Source: an uncultured virus (IMG/VR IMGVR_UViG_3300030419_007499)
Taxonomy: Duplodnaviria; Heunggongvirae; Uroviricota; Caudoviricetes
IMG/VR virus record: IMGVR_UViG_3300030419_007499
Location: 51,708 to 71,707 of that record
Reading direction: 5' to 3' (one strand)
Length of the DNA stretch: 20,000 nt
Shown: positions 16,743 through 20,000 of the stretch, in pieces
Layout: each line of letters begins with the position of its first letter
Numbering within the stretch: the stretch's first letter is position 1
Notes under the pieces: model-generated
What the model was told of the DNA's origin: nothing
The model's database searches: none
What the model saw: only the letters and a program-made list of their open reading frames with translations
Made by a program: the position numbers and the translations under genes

Positions 16743-16994
16743 ATGGAATTAAGACAAGGATATCTTCAGAGCACATATAATCATTACATCGCAGAAAGAG
16801 ACAAACATTTACTTGATTTAGAAGTCTATCTCTCTAACCCTGTGGGAGTTGGGGAACACTCAGATATTGGAGAAGAGATTAGAAAAAAAGTTGAACAAGT
16901 CGACAGATACGATTCTATTATTTCCACTTTAATTGCCAGATATGGAGATCAAATGTTAGATAAATCTCAAGAAGATCAAAACGCCAAAAATTAA
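16743..16994 (+). CDS. conserved aquatic-phage hypothetical protein (83 aa)
   Basis: LEVYLSNPVGVGEHSDI motif, familiar from marine T4-like phage hypotheticals. Confidence 0.75.
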   Translation: MELRQGYLQSTYNHYIAERDKHLLDLEVYLSNPVGVGEHSDIGEEIRKKVEQVDRYDSIISTLIARYGDQMLDKSQEDQNAKN

Positions 16995-17000
16995 GTGTAA
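16994..17000 (+). promoter_or_regulatory. AGTGTAA motif (putative phage-specific promoter)
   Basis: 8 nt before GTG 17009. Confidence 0.65.
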
Positions 17001-17008
17001 AAACTTAA

Positions 17009-17989
17009 GTGAAAAAAGGTTTCTCATTGATAGAGCTGCTTGTTGTAATAGCTATTATTGCCATTCTTGCTGCTTTGCTTTTGCCAGCTTTATCTTCTGC
17101 CAAGCAAACAGGCTGGCAAGCACAATGCATAAACAACCAAAGACAGCTTAATCTTGCTTATGCAGAATTTGCTGCTGATCATGAAGACAGATTTCCTTAT
17201 GCCTCTGCTTGGAGAAACGAGCCTACAGGTATGTGGGCATGGGTAGCTGACAGTATGAGTGGAAATGGAGCTTGGGGACAAACTGATAGACCTTTATTTT
17301 GGTCGCCGTTGAAACCTTATGCTGGCATGGGTATTTTTGGATGCCCAGGCGACAAATCTACAGTAGTGTGGCAAGAGAAAAAAAAGAATACTACTAATTG
17401 GGTTGATGTGGTCAAAAAAAGACCTCGTTCATATAGCGTAAACATTTTTGTTGGCGGGTGGTCTGGCTGGCCATTTGAAGCTGATACGCAATACAAAATA
17501 TATCATACATATGATGATATAAAAGATCCATCTAATATTTTTTCTTTTATTGAAATGCCTCCTGCTTCTATAAATGCTGGTAACTTTAGAGTACCACCGA
17601 CTTTAAGAGGCAAAGAGAGTGCATTCTCTATGGATTGGCCAGGGGTTTATCATAATAACGGTTCTGTCGTTTCGTTTGTAGATGCACATGTAGAATTTAG
17701 AAGATGGCTAGAAGAAGATACTAAAGTTATCCCAGAAGCCGTACAGAATCCCACCACAATAAAAGATCTAGTTATTAGTCCAGATAATAGAGATATAAAA
17801 TGGCTAGGAGATCGAGCGACAGAACCATATCCAAACACTCATGCTTGGAAAAAAGTAATGAACGGAATATCAAGATACGATAGACCGTGGAACACTAGAG
17901 ATGTAGATGGAAAGCGTTATGACTCATGGGGTTGGTACTGGAATGATAGCTGGGGCCATCACCCAACCTGGAAACCATATATTCAATGA
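17009..17989 (+). CDS. prepilin-type N-terminal cleavage/methylation protein with a C-terminal H-X9-DG-like motif (PVC-type pseudopilin)
   Basis: [32 protein letters not shown] class III signal with E5; [31 protein letters not shown]. Confidence 0.9.
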   Translation: MKKGFSLIELLVVIAIIAILAALLLPALSSAKQTGWQAQCINNQRQLNLAYAEFAADHEDRFPYASAWRNEPTGMWAWVADSMSGNGAWGQTDRPLFWSPLKPYAGMGIFGCPGDKSTVVWQEKKKNTTNWVDVVKKRPRSYSVNIFVGGWSGWPFEADTQYKIYHTYDDIKDPSNIFSFIEMPPASINAGNFRVPPTLRGKESAFSMDWPGVYHNNGSVVSFVDAHVEFRRWLEEDTKVIPEAVQNPTTIKDLVISPDNRDIKWLGDRATEPYPNTHAWKKVMNGISRYDRPWNTRDVDGKRYDSWGWYWNDSWGHHPTWKPYIQ

Positions 17990-18678
17990 AAAAACTATTA
18001 CCATTATTATTCGCGGCTTCTGTTATAGCAGAAGATAATCCATATCAAGTTATTTCAGATCGAAACGCTTTTGAGTTGATGCTTAACCAACCAAAAGCTG
18101 TTTTACCCCCAATAACTGATGTTCGCAAGCCTAATTTGTACCTTACTGGGCTAACACAATTTAAAGGCGTCAGAAAAGCTCACTTAGTTCTTAGAGAAGC
18201 GGGTCAGCCCGATAAATTTGTGTCGCTCAAATTAAATGAGAAACAGAATGGAGTAGAATTAAAAAAAATATTAAATAATTCTGCTATTATTTCAAATAAT
18301 GGACAACAGCAGTTAATTTCTTTCGAAAACAATGGATTACCAACAATAATAACAAAATCTGTTAAGACCTCTAAGTCAACAGTAGCAAAAAAAGACAAAA
18401 AAGACGATAAAAAAGAGTCAAAAAGTGAAAAAACCCCCGCTCCAGCAGGGCCTAGTATCGTAAAAGTTCCTTCTAGAAATAGGGGAATTACTGACCCTAG
18501 AATGCAAAAGGCAATGGAGAGGGGGCTAGAATATGTCTCCAGAATAGAAGATCCTGAGAAAAAACAAGCTATGCTAGAAAGAATAGAAAAGTTTCAAAGA
18601 GGCGATTATGACCAAGAAATAAAAGAAAGAATGAAGAGGTACGAGGAATATAGAAAAAGCCGTGAACGTAAAAAATAA
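17986..18678 (+). CDS. exported protein, possibly GspC/PilP-like
   Basis: Signal peptide [29 protein letters not shown]; beta-rich LYLTGL...AHLVL...[15 protein letters not shown]...AIISNNG...ISF; Lys/Pro linker; helical tail. ATGA overlap with the pilin gene. Confidence 0.55.
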   Translation: MKKLLPLLFAASVIAEDNPYQVISDRNAFELMLNQPKAVLPPITDVRKPNLYLTGLTQFKGVRKAHLVLREAGQPDKFVSLKLNEKQNGVELKKILNNSAIISNNGQQQLISFENNGLPTIITKSVKTSKSTVAKKDKKDDKKESKSEKTPAPAGPSIVKVPSRNRGITDPRMQKAMERGLEYVSRIEDPEKKQAMLERIEKFQRGDYDQEIKERMKRYEEYRKSRERKK

Positions 18679-18684
18679 GTGTAA
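18678..18684 (+). promoter_or_regulatory. AGTGTAA motif (putative phage-specific promoter)
   Basis: 8 nt before GTG 18693. Confidence 0.65.
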
Positions 18685-18692
18685 TATTATGA

Positions 18693-19115
18693 GTGGAGCA
18701 ACAACTCATAAACCCCGAAACAAAAAAAGTTATAGAACATTTGATAGGTTCATATGGCTGGTTTATTCTTTTTGCCTTTTTAGCTATTTTAGGTAAAGAT
18801 GCACTACATAAGGCTGCAGAAGGGGCTATGGTGTGGATAGGCAATGATTTCCAAAATGATGATATTTTATACATTTCTGGCAGGCAAGCGCGTATAGTTC
18901 GTGTTGGTTTTTTTAAAACAATTTTCTACATGACAGACCGTAAAACAAAAATGGTTGTCCCAAATGATAGGTTAAAAATGCTTGTTGTGGAAAAAACTTT
19001 GCCAAAAAATGGAGGATTTCCTTATTTATATAAAGGGGGAGAAGCTGGATATGAAGAACAAATTCAAAAAATTCATGAAACAGATAAGCTCCCAGAAGCC
19101 CCTAAAAAGAAATAG
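18693..19115 (+). CDS. minimal MscS-like membrane protein (paralog 2)
   Basis: LIGSYGW-TM-KDALHKAAEG...DDILYISGRQARIVRVGFFKTIFY...VPNDRL; clearly aligns with 15005..15334. Confidence 0.7.
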   Translation: MEQQLINPETKKVIEHLIGSYGWFILFAFLAILGKDALHKAAEGAMVWIGNDFQNDDILYISGRQARIVRVGFFKTIFYMTDRKTKMVVPNDRLKMLVVEKTLPKNGGFPYLYKGGEAGYEEQIQKIHETDKLPEAPKKK

Positions 19116-19839
19116 TTTGAATTATCTTATTTTGTTTATATAAATTAAAATTTCCTGCATAATCTTCGATTATACAAGTTTCCTTGTCTAAGTAATCTCC
19201 TGTATTTAAATAAAGCGACTCGCCATCCTTGATCATAGCTGGAGTATGTAGGTGTCCACAAATAACCGCTCTACAGCCTTGTTTTTTTGCCGCTCGAAGC
19301 AGCTGCTTTTTAAACTTTCTTTTTTTATTTTCCCATGAAACACATCGCTTTTCTGCTTCATGTATTATTTCATTTAATAAGCAAGTAATTTTTTTTACAA
19401 TAAATAAATCAGTAAAATAAGCAAATCGTCGAAAATGTTTTGTAAAAAATTTATTAAGAAAGTCATGTTTATCTCCATGGGAGATTAAAATTTTATTATT
19501 GTTTGTAGTATATACGTGCTCCCTTTTGATTATGATATTTGCAAAGTTGAAGCATACGTTAGAGTTGTTAATAAATTTAGCGAAAAAGTCATCATGATTC
19601 CCAAAAATATAATAAATTTCAGCGCCTTTTTCTGCGGCCTCTAACATTTTTTGAATAAAAATATTATATTCTTTTTCCCATTTCCAATTGTACAGTAACT
19701 CCCATGCGTCAAAAATATCACCTACTAAAAATATTTTTTCAAATTCTTTGTTTTGCAGAAAATTAAGTAGCTCTTTAATTTTTGGTGATCTTTTTCCGAG
19801 ATGTATATCGCTGATAAATAAAGCTTTATATTTTGTCAT
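19102..19839 (-). CDS. calcineurin-like metallophosphoesterase, LpxH/YbbF-like
   Basis: FISDIHLG, LVGDIFD, GNHD, SHGD, CGHLH, YLNTGD. Confidence 0.85.
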   Translation of the reverse strand: MTKYKALFISDIHLGKRSPKIKELLNFLQNKEFEKIFLVGDIFDAWELLYNWKWEKEYNIFIQKMLEAAEKGAEIYYIFGNHDDFFAKFINNSNVCFNFANIIIKREHVYTTNNNKILISHGDKHDFLNKFFTKHFRRFAYFTDLFIVKKITCLLNEIIHEAEKRCVSWENKKRKFKKQLLRAAKKQGCRAVICGHLHTPAMIKDGESLYLNTGDYLDKETCIIEDYAGNFNLYKQNKIIQTISF

Positions 19840-19840
19840 T

Positions 19841-19999
19841 TTAAGCCGATGGATACTCTAAGTCATTTTCTCTACATTTTTTTTCCGTTTCAGTTAATAC
19901 AACTTCACTCATTGAATTAATTGTTTTAGCTTCGGGATAATGATTATAAAAAAAATAAGGACTGTTTCCATAGCTTCTGTCGATATCTTCGGAAGTCAT
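19841..19999 (-). CDS. hypothetical protein, probably a partial C-terminus
   Basis: Open frame MTSEDIDRSYGNSPYFFYNHYPEAK...ENDLEYPSA* stops 1 nt before the metallophosphoesterase ATG; it may extend beyond the window. Confidence 0.5.
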   Translation of the reverse strand: MTSEDIDRSYGNSPYFFYNHYPEAKTINSMSEVVLTETEKKCRENDLEYPSA

Positions 20000-20000
20000 A

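Noticed and set aside
98..18874. Numerous short - strand ORFs
   Set aside because: All are antisense to well-supported + strand genes and have no motifs; treated as shadow ORFs.

Overview
An AT-rich, gene-dense window that is almost entirely + strand and best read as part of a large tailed-phage genome. It opens with the 3' end of a GDP-mannose 4,6-dehydratase. Next is a replication/recombination module: RecA-like recombinase, two PD-(D/E)XK nucleases, DnaB helicase, DnaG-like primase and a family-C DNA polymerase. The polymerase is split without inteins into a degenerate PHP gene and a catalytic-core gene, with a cupin and a DEDDh exonuclease between them. Then come a ClpC-like ATPase, a dCMP deaminase and an accessory region. 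That region holds two minimal MscS-like paralogs, typical aquatic-phage hypotheticals, a PVC-type (Verrucomicrobia-like) prepilin H-X9-DG protein paired with a GspC/PilP-like exported protein, and an LpxH-like metallophosphoesterase on the - strand. Two promoter classes can be read from the DNA. One is near-consensus sigma70 promoters, mostly positioned for leaderless mRNAs. The other is a recurring AGTGTAA motif, found six times at 8-9 nt before a start codon, which is a candidate phage-specific (late?) promoter. All calls come from motif recognition by eye; no searches were run.
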